DNA of 64,000 nt, taken from positions 1 through 64,000 of the IMG/VR virus record IMGVR_UViG_3300031787_009175, one strand, 5' to 3'. The position numbers were made by a program, and so were the translations under genes. Position 1 is the first letter of the stretch; every line of letters begins with the position of its first letter. The notes under the pieces are model-generated. The model worked only from the letters and a program-made list of their open reading frames with translations. It searched no databases and was not told the origin of the DNA. The stretch is from a virus. This document shows positions 1 to 11,500 of this stretch, piece after piece.

Positions 1-711
1 TCCTCGAGCGATTGCTTCTAAATACTCAACAGGTTTTTTTGAATACACGTCAGCCCAAGTAAGTTCGTCACTTAACCAAGCCTTTTGAGTATCTTCATTT
101 TCGTGTAATGGTTGGGGGTCATCATACATAACCGCCTGAATTACGGTATAAGGTTTACCGTTGTTTGCTTTTGTTTTGGTAAGTTCCAATAAAAGGTCAC
201 GACCTTTTTCTGCGTCAGTGATATCACCTTTTGCTCTCCAAATTGGAATAATTTTGTCCAAGATACCTTCTTTTTTGTAGTTGTGTTTAAATCTCCAAAA
301 CTTCGGACCATCTTGTTCTGCGTCACGGTCAACCACTTTTACGATATAGAACAAACGTGAGCGGTAATTTCCTGCCAATTTCTTGTCCGATTCTTTACCT
401 GTTGCCATTAATTCTTCAAATAATTCATTAAGTGGTGAACGCTCATTGTCATTTTTACCTGGGTCATAAAGTTTTACCCATTTTCCGTCTACTTGAACTT
501 CGTGATACCATACTTCTTTGAAGGGTGAACTTCCATCACTTGTTGGGAGGATACGAAGACGTTTTGTTCCTTGACTTTCTTTGTCGCCGAGAACGGCTGC
601 AAAGTATTTTTTCATTCTCTCGTCTTGACTCATCTTTGAGCCAGAAGACGTACTTGACTTTTGTTGTTTTTCATACTGAGCCAAAACAGCATCCATTGCA
701 TTTGTCGCCAT
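1..711 (-). CDS. Single-stranded DNA-binding protein, T4 gp32-like (3' end runs off the window; absent from the ORF track)
   Basis: Manual translation from ATG at 711: MATNAMDAVLAQYEKQ...KRLRILPTSDGSSPFKEVWYHEVQVDGKWVKLYDPG...SPLNE...YRSRLFYIVKVVDRDAEQDGPKFWRF...DITDAEKGRDLLLE. The RILP, F.EVWYH and D.E.GRD motifs are typical of gp32-like SSBs. The frame stays open to position 1. Confidence 0.8.
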   Translation of the reverse strand, partial: MATNAMDAVLAQYEKQQKSSTSSGSKMSQDERMKKYFAAVLGDKESQGTKRLRILPTSDGSSPFKEVWYHEVQVDGKWVKLYDPGKNDNERSPLNELFEELMATGKESDKKLAGNYRSRLFYIVKVVDRDAEQDGPKFWRFKHNYKKEGILDKIIPIWRAKGDITDAEKGRDLLLELTKTKANNGKPYTVIQAVMYDDPQPLHENEDTQKAWLSDELTWADVYSKKPVEYLEAIARG

Positions 712-743
712 AAATTAAAATATTAAGTTGTTAAATTGTTTAA

Positions 744-774
744 GAAATATAAGTGTTTTAAGGAGGTTGTCAAA
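744..774 (-). promoter_or_regulatory. Host-RNAP (early/middle) promoter for the SSB gene
   Basis: Minus strand reads TTGACA (773-768)-N16-TATATT (751-746). It also fits TTTG-N19-TATATTTC, one mismatch from the Bacteroidota TAnnTTTG element. Confidence 0.6.
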
Positions 775-802
775 TAAAAAAGGGTGCTTTTGGGGCACCC
801 TT
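773..802 (-). terminator. Intrinsic terminator after the 823-1536 gene
   Basis: Inverted repeat AAGGGTGC/GCACCCTT (780-802) followed on the minus strand by TTTTTATTT. Confidence 0.8.
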
Positions 803-822
803 CTAATTATGTGTTTGTTTGA

Positions 823-1536
823 TTACTTAACTTCGACAGGTTTTTCATTACCAGGAAAATCTCTAAAACTATCTCTAACCTCTGATGGTGAAAAATCTTT
901 TACCTCATCAGTTGTTAAAACATATTCATTTTTTCCTGATTTTTCCATTTCTTCTTCTTTATCTACGAAGAAATCTGAAAGTTTCTGATTGTAAGGTCCT
1001 GAATCCAAACTTCTTAGTTCAAGTTTTTCTTGAGCCGTTTTGGGTCTGTATTTTTCAACCTTGGCTTCTAATGCATCAATTTTGGAAACCAATTTGTCCA
1101 TTTCACCCAACTTACCTTGTAGGGTTTCTAACTGACTGAAGAGGTTGTTGAAATATTCTTCTTGTTTAGTTTCAATGTTTTTTTGTGAAGTTACCAAATC
1201 AGTTATGTCCAATTCTTCGGTTCCACTATCTTCGCCTTTTTCACCTTCAGATTCTCCGTCAGGTCCTAACTTTTCAACATCAGGGTCGGTTGCAGGGTCA
1301 ATAGGTGTTGGTTCAGCACCTGGTGCCGCTCCGCCTGGAGGTGGGGGTGGTGCTCCGCCGGGTGGTGGAGGAACCGCTCCTGCTGCTGGGTCTGCAGCGG
1401 CTAATGGGTCTGCTGGAGGTGCATCAGGTGGGGGTGGTACGTCCAAAGCATCCTGTTCTGTGATATATCGATTAATTTGATTATATCTTTTTAATTCTTC
1501 TAAAATTTTTTCGTCAACTCTCATTTTGTTATCCAT
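823..1536 (-). CDS. Pro/Ala-rich, acidic, coiled-coil protein; possible head internal or scaffold-like protein
   Basis: 237 aa ORF with a poly-Pro low-complexity stretch, a C-terminal coiled coil and N-terminal ILEE/ITEQ motifs. Confidence 0.55.
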   Translation of the reverse strand: MDNKMRVDEKILEELKRYNQINRYITEQDALDVPPPPDAPPADPLAAADPAAGAVPPPPGGAPPPPPGGAAPGAEPTPIDPATDPDVEKLGPDGESEGEKGEDSGTEELDITDLVTSQKNIETKQEEYFNNLFSQLETLQGKLGEMDKLVSKIDALEAKVEKYRPKTAQEKLELRSLDSGPYNQKLSDFFVDKEEEMEKSGKNEYVLTTDEVKDFSPSEVRDSFRDFPGNEKPVEVK

Positions 1537-1756
1537 TCAATAATTGTTTTATTCCTGATGCAGTCTCAACCTGAATTTTTTTTGATTGATTCATAGTGTT
1601 ATCAACTCTCTCGATTAGACCATCTTTCATTCTAACGGTATAACATTCACCGCTGTCTAAATCACAAACTTGTTTAGACCCATTTCCAAGGTCTTTTTCT
1701 GATATCCTTGTGTTTTTCCCAAGGTAACTGTCTAAAATATTTTTTACTGAGCCCAT
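1529..1756 (-). CDS. Hypothetical protein
   Basis: 75 aa ORF with a TATTTAT motif 14 nt upstream; overlaps the start of the next gene. Confidence 0.65.
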   Translation of the reverse strand: MGSVKNILDSYLGKNTRISEKDLGNGSKQVCDLDSGECYTVRMKDGLIERVDNTMNQSKKIQVETASGIKQLLNG

Positions 1757-1795
1757 AATTATTTTTCTATATAAATATATGAATAATCGATATTG

Positions 1796-4700
1796 TTATA
1801 TATTAGAGTTAACTAGTTCTATCATTTTTTTTGTTAATTCTTTATACACATTTTTATTTGTTGATTTTTCATAAGAACCTTCATTAATTACTGGCCAAAA
1901 ATCATACACAAACATAGATAGTTTTTCTGAATTATCATTCAGATTAGTATTATCTGTTGATGTTATATTATTTAGTGATTGTAGTTTTATTAATCTATCA
2001 CTCATTCTAGTTGCAATAAAATCAACACAATCTTCAAAATTGAAGAAGGTTGCTAAAGGATATTGTTCGGGCGGTGTGGTTGCGGTTGTCATGCAAATAT
2101 AATTTTGTTTCAATGAACTTTTGTTTGCAAATGTAACATCATTACCCGCAGAGTCTTTCAAGTTCAATTTCAAGCCGGCATAGTTATTTTCATAAGATTC
2201 AAAATATGTGTATTCGGGACTCACTGCGGTTTCCTGACCCATTATTGTCATTATGACATAAATTAAATCATTTGAGGTTCCGTATTTAGTTTTTATAAAG
2301 TTGATAACTTCAGAAGCGGTAACTTTAGTTTTTTGTGGTGATGAAATTAATGAAAAATCAGAAAAGGCCGTACTAGCTGAGCATGTTGGTGATTTAGCAT
2401 TTTCGGATTTACTTACCGTGTTGTTAACTTTTGAAGCATCTGCTTCGGTAGCATTATTATCTACGCTTTGATTTTCTTGAGTTGATTGTTGTTTGAAACT
2501 TGTTTTAAAATAGTCTATAAAACTTTTTCTTATTGTTTCAAGTGGGTCAGTTACTTTTGGATATGAATAAACACTTTGTCTTATACCATCAAATTTTGTT
2601 GTGAATGAGCCAGGATTTATCGAATGATTTACGGAAGTAATCATATATGGTCCGTTGAATAACGGTATGTGTTCCAAATTAAAATACATAGTAGGTTGGA
2701 TTAAGACATTACCCATCATTGTAATATCACATTTGTAAGACCTGCTACTGTAAATGTCATACATAGACAAATACTGGCTAGAACCTCCCCTTCCTTCACC
2801 CAAACTCGCTAACCTTGATAAGGCATCCAAAGTTTCTTTAGTTGGCTTCCCATTATCCTGACCTACAGAAATCTTGGTGAAAACACCTTGATTAATTGTC
2901 CCGAAATCTACCGTAAAACCTACCAATCTGTTTGATTTATCCCAATCTGTTTTGTTTGTCAAATCTTGGATACAAGGATTTTGGTTTACTCTTTTTAAAT
3001 TGAACGCATCATTTTTAAAATTACTAACGATATCACCACCATCTAAGTGTGTGCTTGGTTTACCACCGTATAAACAAACCATTTTTGGTGATGATTCAAC
3101 TAAATCAACATTCATATGAGTTCCAAATAAGTTATTAGCAAAATCATAACTACTATCTATTTTTGGGGTAGAGTTTTTTATTGGTGATTGAACCCCATAA
3201 AAATTTATATATGAAGGGTATGTAAAAACAACAAAGTTATTGGTTTTTATTAATTCATTTGAAAACGCCAATAAACTTACTTTGGGGTCCAAATCTCTTA
3301 TTCTTTGGTTCAGAGAAAAAACGTCAATATATATTTCACTACCGATATCTCTTCCAGCCCTATCTAAAAATAATATATCTTCAAATAAAGTTTTATAAGA
3401 TACATTAGTACCGGCAATCCATCTATCGTTGAGTCCTTTAAACGTTTGCCACAAAGCTATTTTAGTAACATCCCCCTTAAGTTCACTTGGTATATTACGG
3501 GTTGGTGTTTCGTTGACATTTGGTAACTCTTTTGTGAGTTTTTGCATCAATGAATTAAATATTTTGTCTTGGAAGTCAGAATTGTTATTTATTATATCGG
3601 TCAGTGTTCCAGTGAATTTTGATGCATTATACGAACTATCTTTTAATTTTTGTGTCGCATATATCTTAATCAATGGGTAAAGATTTTTAATTGTATCTTC
3701 TCCGAACTCAACATTGTTATCAATGAAAAAATCAAATATTGCAGACCCACTACTCGCATACTTAAGTCCTGTAAATTCTGAAAAACCTACATACTCTTGT
3801 AGTGCCTCCCAAGCTGTCGGGTAGGTTGTTTGTATTTGTTGTATCGGAAATTGATTATTGAGAGACGGTAATGCATTTGGACTATTAGTTGTATAAGGGT
3901 TATAAACGAATGGGTCGGTAAGATTACTTCCTAACCCCGCAAATGATTTAAATATTCTTTGGTCGAAATTATTTGGATTACCAAATTTTAAGTAATAATC
4001 ATAAGACAAAAACTTACCGATTACTTGATACATATTGTTCAAAACATTATTACCTAAATCACTTAATTCTGTTGGGGTATTGATTCCGTTAGTTGGGGTA
4101 ACTTTGAGAATATTCCTTATCAGATATTGGAAATTAGAAAACACCGCTTGGTCTACCGTAGTCGCAGTATCTTCAACCAAAGAAGTTATATTTGTATCGA
4201 AAATTGACTTCGAAAAATTCAAAAACTCTCTTTCGAATGAGTCCAATATATCTTTGTTAAAAACAGAAAACAATTCACTTATATCAGAATAGTCATCATC
4301 TCCGCTAATAGAAAAATTTTCTTGTTTTGCGGAAAAATCTGTGAATATTTTCTTCATGTATTTGGTTGGAGGTGGTATTAATAATTTGGAATTATCAAAA
4401 TATCCGTAATTTGGACTCGCCCAAGCAAGTCTTACAGAACCATCATATAATGTTGAATTATTATTGACCTCATTTACCATCCTTGGTTGAATTGGGTCGG
4501 TATATGAAAAATTTTCAATCAAGAATTGATTGGAGTTCAACCCAACAGATGGTAAAACAAAACCTAATGTGGAGTTAACTTTCAAAAAAGATGACCAAGA
4601 ACTTATATATATTGAACGATTGGGATTGTTTTCATCGACTCCGTTTTGTGCAGTCAAGTTAGCGTTTGGAAATCCATCTGTTATGAAAAACTCATTGTCT

Positions 4701-7700
4701 ATTTTTGATTGAATCGTAGCATCAGAATAATCATCAAAAAGTGGGGTCCCTTTAAAAAAGGATGAGAAATCATTTATCAACTTTGGGTAAAAACCTACAT
4801 TGATATCCGTTAGTGTTTGATTTCCTACTATTGTATCCGCCTGTAATCTTATTTTCTTCTGTATACCATTTATGGTTAATGTGTATAATTTTTGTGGTGA
4901 CGAATTTATAGGGTCGTAATTGAAGTTCCTATCGAAATTAGTCCAAATAGGACTCAATATATCACTACCATTTTTGATATATTCTTTGTATCTGTGCCAA
5001 ATGGAACCGTATCTCAGAATCCAAGCATATGGTATTTTATGGACTGCGTTGAATTTTTTTAATGTTGCGTAAATATAATCTAAATCTGTTGGGTTAGATG
5101 TTCCGTCTTGAGCAACTTCTAAAGATTTATACCTTTCTCTCAGAGTCGCTAATGGTAGGCTGTTTAGAAATAAATAAGCACCTGAAACATATGGGTAAGC
5201 CTCTGAGTTTCTAAATTTTACTAAACCATCTTGGATTGAATTAATGAAGTATGGTGTATTCAGAATCGATGTTGTTTGTGTTGCAGTGGTTGGGCCTGTA
5301 TAGTTTTTATATCTCAGATTTCCCTCTGTTGGGTGTTGTTGGGAAAACGAGGTGCTTCTTATGTTGTAAAGATTTTTTATATTTTCTGAAGTATACGGTG
5401 TAATCAAACTCAACAAAGGTTGGTTTACCGTTTTGTAATTGAAATTAGAAATTGGTCTTTTTTGAAATTCGGAGTCATCGTTTAGGAAATTACAAATTAT
5501 TTTGGAACTCTGATTGACTTGGATTACTTTTGATGTTGAATTTATAGTATTAACGTCATTGATGAATTTACCATTGGCTAAATTCATTTTACACCAATTT
5601 TTGTCCGTAAAAGGGTATATGTCATAATCTGTCAAGATATTAGTCGATGAGTCTACAACATATCCTGAGAACGATTCTATATTCGGAAAGTCAGTTAATA
5701 TTCTGTTAGTATCTCCAGAATTAAAAGGTTTCAGTGTAAACGTATTCGTAGTAATATTTCGTATATATGGTGTATTGTAATAACCTCTTATATGTGTTTG
5801 CCAACTTTCTCCTTGTCCTTCATTTGATATGTGTCTTAACACAGCCTCAAAGTTTCGTGAATTCAGTCCGTACTCTTTTAGTGCTTTAATTAAAAATGGG
5901 TTAGTATCTCCCAAACTTTTCAGAATATTATTTGATTCAATGGTGGCAATTGTGTCATATACTTGTTTGAAATTGGAACCTCCCCTGTTGAGATTTGTAT
6001 AATTAGATATCACATACAATCTTTCCCAAATTTCATAAAGATATTTTACTTGTTCCTTATTAAAATAAACTTGATTATCTATTGGAAATTCCAATGCATT
6101 TACTGAAGTATATTGACTTTGTGTTAAATTGTTTTCGAATATAGATGGTGTGGATGGAACCGAGTTTCTTAATACCGTTCCTGATATATATTCTTCAACA
6201 AATTCTACTTCCGGCCAAACTGAAAAGTCGTAAGCTTGAAATTGTTCTGCTAAATCCTTGTCACCAGGATATCTAACATCATATCTACTTTCTTTTTCAT
6301 CAGTAGTTAAAACACATATTTCGGGCCAAGGATATACAAATTTTTCTTCACCTGTTGTGGAATCTAATGTTTGGTCCCCTCCTTGTATCGCGCTATTTAT
6401 CGCATTAAACCTAATTGGATTACTTCTTTGGTCCCAAGAGTTTCTATGCACATCATCGATAAGTCTTAAATAAGCCTCCCCATTTGCATAAAAAACGGCT
6501 AAAACATTTCTTAATGTTGGAGCAAATCCAATTCCTCTATCACTAGTCTCTAAAAGTTTTATTAATTGGTCTGCTTTATACTTCTCAAATTGTAATTCAA
6601 GTTCTTTGGATTGTTCCTCCACTTTTCTGATGAATGATTTTTTCAAAATACCTATTTTACCATCAAAATAGTAGAGTATTTTTGGTGCTGGTGTAAATTG
6701 GTTTTCTCTGATATTATATATTTGATTATTAGAAACTTGTTGGAAATATAATTGTGTTTGTGCTTTATAAAATGTAAATCCACTAGTCTCTGTCCCACCA
6801 GAATCAATAGGCTGTAGACCTGTTTGTTGTATATAAGTTTTTTCGTAATTCAAATCTCCTTCACTAACTTCTATTTGGAAATCACTCAATTTCAATTTGA
6901 ATTCTGATGTTCTGTATTTATCATCCTTAGAGTTTGCCCCAAAATCAGGAACATTATTCATATTTTCTTTTCCTGTAGATTTAGAATATTTAACACAAAT
7001 AGATTCCAATTCTGAATTTACAATTGTTTCATTTATGTTACGTGGAGTCACTCCGCCAGAAATGATATTTTTTCCTAATAATTCATAGACTTTCAATCCA
7101 TTGTTCAGTATAAAATAATTTTTTTGGTCAATATATTTGACAAACCAAGAATCCGGATTTGTGGTTTCTGTGATTTCTTTAATTATACTATTTAATAAGT
7201 CTCTATATGTTTGAGCACTTGTGTAAGCGGTCAAATCTTGTTTTGGGAAATTGTTCAGAACATTTTGTATGAAGTTATCAAGTTTTCTTTGTAATTGAAC
7301 TATAGTTAGTGGTGGGAAATTTTCAGGAATCAATCCTTTGGACTTATAGTCATTATAAACCTCCAAAACCTTTTGATAACCTTTAGTTAGTTCTACTTTC
7401 GTGACTTCATTGGTTTTTATAATTGGGTTTTTGTTTGTGTCCACGTTAATGGTGGTTCTATACATATGTGGAACAGTTTGCATAGATTGCATACTGATTT
7501 CCGATAACATACTATATCTGTAAGTAAAAAATTTTAAATCTATCGTGAAATTTCCACTTTCAGAATCTACTTTAGCTTTGAAGTCTTGTAGCATCAATGG
7601 GTATTTCACCGCCTTTCCATAATACCCTTTTAACGTCAAATAAAAAATTGGATACGGATAACTAAAAAATGCTCTGTAGGGTGAGTTGTTTCCTGATTCA

Positions 7701-8233
7701 AATAATGCTCTTCCTTTTACGTCTTCTAATGTTACATTAATTACGGGTAAAAAATCCAAATTATATTGTATATTTATGGATGTCATACCCAACAAACCAG
7801 TATCTACCGAACCCAAGGCACCTTCTGTTGATTGTTGTTTTAAATTATAAAACTCATTTGGTTTGTCGGCTCTCCTTATAGATGTCTCAACATTTTGGTT
7901 AATACCCAAAAAATTACCATTTTCGTCTCGTTCTAATGAACCCTTACCTGTTATTTCATCTGTATAAGCATTTGTTAATTTGTCACCCTTTTGAGGTTTC
8001 AAAAAATTAATACTTGCAATACTGAGAGTTTGAACCGCATCTTGGGCTGAATTACCGACAGACAATTTTGTCCTTGGGGGAACTGTGCATTCTAAATTTG
8101 CATACATCACCAAGTTTTCTTGTTTGATGTATCTTTCTTTTACATTACCATTTTCATCAACTACTTTGTTTGGGTCAACAACTATAATATTTTGGTAATC
8201 AAAATCAACAAAAATATTTTCATTATTTACCAT
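1796..8233 (-). CDS. Giant baseplate hub-like protein (gp27/GpD-like end region) with a possible C-terminal lysozyme-fold domain
   Basis: 2145 aa ORF in the tail module. CDITMMGNVLIQPTMYFNLEHIPLFNGPYMITSVNHSINPGSFTTKFDGIRQ matches the hub/GpD C-terminal signature. The final ~170 aa (MGQET...ENNYAGLK...ATFFNFEDCVDF) resembles glucosaminidase/lysozyme-like folds. Confidence 0.6.
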   Translation of the reverse strand: MVNNENIFVDFDYQNIIVVDPNKVVDENGNVKERYIKQENLVMYANLECTVPPRTKLSVGNSAQDAVQTLSIASINFLKPQKGDKLTNAYTDEITGKGSLERDENGNFLGINQNVETSIRRADKPNEFYNLKQQSTEGALGSVDTGLLGMTSINIQYNLDFLPVINVTLEDVKGRALFESGNNSPYRAFFSYPYPIFYLTLKGYYGKAVKYPLMLQDFKAKVDSESGNFTIDLKFFTYRYSMLSEISMQSMQTVPHMYRTTINVDTNKNPIIKTNEVTKVELTKGYQKVLEVYNDYKSKGLIPENFPPLTIVQLQRKLDNFIQNVLNNFPKQDLTAYTSAQTYRDLLNSIIKEITETTNPDSWFVKYIDQKNYFILNNGLKVYELLGKNIISGGVTPRNINETIVNSELESICVKYSKSTGKENMNNVPDFGANSKDDKYRTSEFKLKLSDFQIEVSEGDLNYEKTYIQQTGLQPIDSGGTETSGFTFYKAQTQLYFQQVSNNQIYNIRENQFTPAPKILYYFDGKIGILKKSFIRKVEEQSKELELQFEKYKADQLIKLLETSDRGIGFAPTLRNVLAVFYANGEAYLRLIDDVHRNSWDQRSNPIRFNAINSAIQGGDQTLDSTTGEEKFVYPWPEICVLTTDEKESRYDVRYPGDKDLAEQFQAYDFSVWPEVEFVEEYISGTVLRNSVPSTPSIFENNLTQSQYTSVNALEFPIDNQVYFNKEQVKYLYEIWERLYVISNYTNLNRGGSNFKQVYDTIATIESNNILKSLGDTNPFLIKALKEYGLNSRNFEAVLRHISNEGQGESWQTHIRGYYNTPYIRNITTNTFTLKPFNSGDTNRILTDFPNIESFSGYVVDSSTNILTDYDIYPFTDKNWCKMNLANGKFINDVNTINSTSKVIQVNQSSKIICNFLNDDSEFQKRPISNFNYKTVNQPLLSLITPYTSENIKNLYNIRSTSFSQQHPTEGNLRYKNYTGPTTATQTTSILNTPYFINSIQDGLVKFRNSEAYPYVSGAYLFLNSLPLATLRERYKSLEVAQDGTSNPTDLDYIYATLKKFNAVHKIPYAWILRYGSIWHRYKEYIKNGSDILSPIWTNFDRNFNYDPINSSPQKLYTLTINGIQKKIRLQADTIVGNQTLTDINVGFYPKLINDFSSFFKGTPLFDDYSDATIQSKIDNEFFITDGFPNANLTAQNGVDENNPNRSIYISSWSSFLKVNSTLGFVLPSVGLNSNQFLIENFSYTDPIQPRMVNEVNNNSTLYDGSVRLAWASPNYGYFDNSKLLIPPPTKYMKKIFTDFSAKQENFSISGDDDYSDISELFSVFNKDILDSFEREFLNFSKSIFDTNITSLVEDTATTVDQAVFSNFQYLIRNILKVTPTNGINTPTELSDLGNNVLNNMYQVIGKFLSYDYYLKFGNPNNFDQRIFKSFAGLGSNLTDPFVYNPYTTNSPNALPSLNNQFPIQQIQTTYPTAWEALQEYVGFSEFTGLKYASSGSAIFDFFIDNNVEFGEDTIKNLYPLIKIYATQKLKDSSYNASKFTGTLTDIINNNSDFQDKIFNSLMQKLTKELPNVNETPTRNIPSELKGDVTKIALWQTFKGLNDRWIAGTNVSYKTLFEDILFLDRAGRDIGSEIYIDVFSLNQRIRDLDPKVSLLAFSNELIKTNNFVVFTYPSYINFYGVQSPIKNSTPKIDSSYDFANNLFGTHMNVDLVESSPKMVCLYGGKPSTHLDGGDIVSNFKNDAFNLKRVNQNPCIQDLTNKTDWDKSNRLVGFTVDFGTINQGVFTKISVGQDNGKPTKETLDALSRLASLGEGRGGSSQYLSMYDIYSSRSYKCDITMMGNVLIQPTMYFNLEHIPLFNGPYMITSVNHSINPGSFTTKFDGIRQSVYSYPKVTDPLETIRKSFIDYFKTSFKQQSTQENQSVDNNATEADASKVNNTVSKSENAKSPTCSASTAFSDFSLISSPQKTKVTASEVINFIKTKYGTSNDLIYVIMTIMGQETAVSPEYTYFESYENNYAGLKLNLKDSAGNDVTFANKSSLKQNYICMTTATTPPEQYPLATFFNFEDCVDFIATRMSDRLIKLQSLNNITSTDNTNLNDNSEKLSMFVYDFWPVINEGSYEKSTNKNVYKELTKKMIELVNSNI

Positions 8234-8549
8234 AATAGAAGAAATGATTATTTAAGGCTGCCTTATAGTCCTGTAATGAACTTAATAAGGGAAAGGGAAT
8301 TGTCAATATAGAACTATCTGGTATATTATTTTCCAATCCTCCAAACTCGGGATTAGCCGCCAAAATAAGCCAACCAAAAAAAGGACTGTCGTAATATTGT
8401 TGGGATATTTTATCCATTCTACTTCTTCCAACTTTATAAATATAATTTTTATCGGTTGGTTTACTTGGAATATCCACATAAGGGACTACTGTCTGACTTC
8501 CGTTTATTACAAAACCATTATATCTGTTGTAGTAATTTAACCCCGCCAT
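8223..8549 (-). CDS. Baseplate wedge protein with LysM-like fold (gp53/tail X-like)
   Basis: RMDKISQQYYDSPFFGWLILAANP...ILTIP is the gpX/gp53-like signature; the gene sits between baseplate genes. Confidence 0.75.
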   Translation of the reverse strand: MAGLNYYNRYNGFVINGSQTVVPYVDIPSKPTDKNYIYKVGRSRMDKISQQYYDSPFFGWLILAANPEFGGLENNIPDSSILTIPFPLLSSLQDYKAALNNHFFYYGK

Positions 8550-8551
8550 AA

Positions 8552-11500
8552 TTAATTGAATGTTGCTTTTCCGTCAAAGGTTTGTTTATCTTCATTAACA
8601 TTGACTGATTTATATATATCGGCCAATCTAGATTTTTGTTCATCAGTTCCTGCCGGTAAAGAAGAGTAATCGAAATTTCTATCCTTGTTACTTGTGAATG
8701 GTTTGTATTTTTTATATTTTTTGTTATAAATGTCTCGAGTAAACTGCTCAAAAGCATCTTTGTCGTTCTTATATTGTTTTCTGAAGTTGGTTTTCAATAT
8801 GTCTGTCGCCCTATCAAATACTTTTTTTGTTTCACCTTTGTTTATATCTTCGGTTAATACCGTATTTTCAAATTCATTATAATCACCTCTATCTGTGAAT
8901 ACTTGAGCCATCAATTGATAAAATCTACACTCGGTTGGTGTTAAACTCATGTCAGAAAAAACATATACAAAATTTGATGTATTGTATTTGTCGAGTCCCA
9001 AATATATATTGATTTCGTTATTGAAATTGTTGAGGTCTATGACTATTTGTCCGCTATCATTTTTCAATTCATCGTATGTATTTGTTGTGCTATTTTTACT
9101 TGTAGCACTCAAATTATAGACAATTTGTTCGTTTCTTGCATTTATCTTACCATCTGAATTTGTCAGAACGTAATTTAATTTTCTAACATATTGGACCCAA
9201 TTTTGTTGTTGTTGCGAAATATTTTGAATTATGTTGAATAGTTCAGTAGAGAAGTTAGTTATATATTTTTCTATATATGATTTGAGATTAGAAATCAAAA
9301 TTCTAGTTTGGGGGCTATCTAAAGCAAATTGATTAGCGATGAATGCCGCCACAATATCATTCTGTCCTGTGTCTATGTCTTCGATTACTTTCTTATATAA
9401 TTCCTCTAATCTTTCTTGAACTTGACTTGGTTTACCATAAATTTTTGCGGACTCACCAGTATTAAATTCATTGAATAGTCCTTGTGTGTATTCTCTTTCC
9501 AAAGAAGTTAGTTGAACAATTCCTAAATTATAATTTTCATAAATACTTTTAAGTTGATTAAGAATGTTTGAGAAATAATTATCTGTCTCGTCAACAAATG
9601 AATTAATAAATTTTCCATAGGAAAGTGTGCCAGTCTCACCGCTACTAGTCACTTCGATATCTGATTGAACCCCTATTGTCGTGCCGCCAGGGTTAGGTTG
9701 TTGTGTAAGTGGTTTTTCTATTTTAGGTTGGGAATCACTCAATAATTTTTTAACAAACTTTTTATCTAACTCAGAAGTATCCTCAGTAGGGGTTGCCCTT
9801 TCGTCATATATTTCAGTATTAGCGTAATAATTAAATGATAAAGCGTTTTGTAGTTCGTCTACCGGTGCAGCAAGTCCACTTCCACCTATATAATTGAAAT
9901 TCAAACTAACTTTTAAAATCATAGGCTGAACACCAATGCCTTCAGGATTCATATCATATGAAGTATTTTGGTCAGGTTGTATAGATAACGAAGTTGGGAT
10001 TATTTTTGTGTTATAAAAATCTCCGATTCTTAGTATTAAAACGGGCGGTGCCCCAAAAGCGGTGTTAGTCGCAACATTTTGTGTTGGAACACCATTAACT
10101 ATTGTTGGTATTGTTTGACCAGGTCTTATACACTGATTTAAGAAGGTGACTCTACTATTTAAACCTTCAGGTGTCATACTATGAAAACTAGGATTAAAAT
10201 ATTTCAGTTTTTCCTTCAAGTTATCATATATCATAGGATTATCTTTCTTAACCGCCTCGAAATAATCCCCTTCGTTCAGTAGTGCTCTTACAATTTTTTT
10301 TGCAATTCCTGGTCTGATGTTTTCTAATGAAGTGGTTGAAGTAGGTTTAGTTAAAGTGTTACCATTTGGATTGTCTGCAGTTGGGGCCGCTTGGTTAGTT
10401 GGAAGATTATTATTTTGGGTGTTATTTGGTTTCGGTTTTACTGTGATTTTTTTAATTATAACACTACGACAGGCCGTAGGAGTTAAGTTACTAAATTTTT
10501 CAGCGTCTGAAGCTGCAGGACTTATCTGTTGGTTACAATTAACACCTTCAACATTAACTATTGATGAAGAACTACCTAAATTTTTGAAACTCAATTTTTT
10601 ATCATTTATGTAGTTACTTAGAGTTATGGGTTGGTCTCCACCATTATTCATTTGGAATGTTTTGAAAAATTCAACAACCCTGTCAAATCTTAATTGTGTT
10701 AATGATGTGTCAGCACCTTCATTCGGTGATGAGTTAGATTCCATTTCGATTAGTATGTCTGTTTGTCCATCTTTCAATGCATCGTTAAGTTTCACTACTA
10801 AATCTTGGAAACTATTATAGTCTGGTGAAATCCTACTGAAAAAAAAGTTTTGAACTTGTGCAGGGTCTGTAGAATTACCAGCATAATTTAGTATATTGTC
10901 CTCAACCAAATATATACTCATCATCTCTTCGATTGACCCTATAGTTGCTATTTTGAAAAAAATACCTTTGGTTTCATAACTTGATAAATCAACGACTGAG
11001 TTGTCGCCAGTTTGTTTTTGTGTTGCGGTAGCATTTGAGGTATTAGCCCCTTGTTGCGCATTTTTAATTTTTTCTAATTCTTCTTTGGTGAGTCTAGGGT
11101 CATTCAGTTTTTGTTGATAAAAGGCCAACTGATTGACAGGAATTGTTGGATATTTTAGGGCTAGTTCATATAGGTCGAATTTAGTGCATCCAGCGAAAAA
11201 TGAATTTATGATACTATCAATCCGATTCGAATCTTTTTCATTTTCCAAAACTTTTTGGGCTATTACATCCAAAACAGATGGGTAATCAACAATTATTTTG
11301 AATGTTATTTGTCCTGTTCTTGATGTGTTTTTGTATGTGTAAATTGGTTCGGGTCTACCTAAGAAGGTTGTTCCGGGAAAATCAACACTACTGGTTTCAC
11401 TGTAAGTTAAATCATATGGTGGAAACCACATAATTCGACCCCCATTCGGACCTTTTTCACATGCGGGTAATTCAAATTGTAAACTTGTAGTTCTCCAAGC

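Noticed and set aside
141-1480. Short ORFs at 141-332, 525-713, 728-988, 885-1139 and 1145-1480
   Set aside because: They overlap the SSB, its promoter/terminator or the 823-1536 gene in other frames, and show no protein-like motifs.
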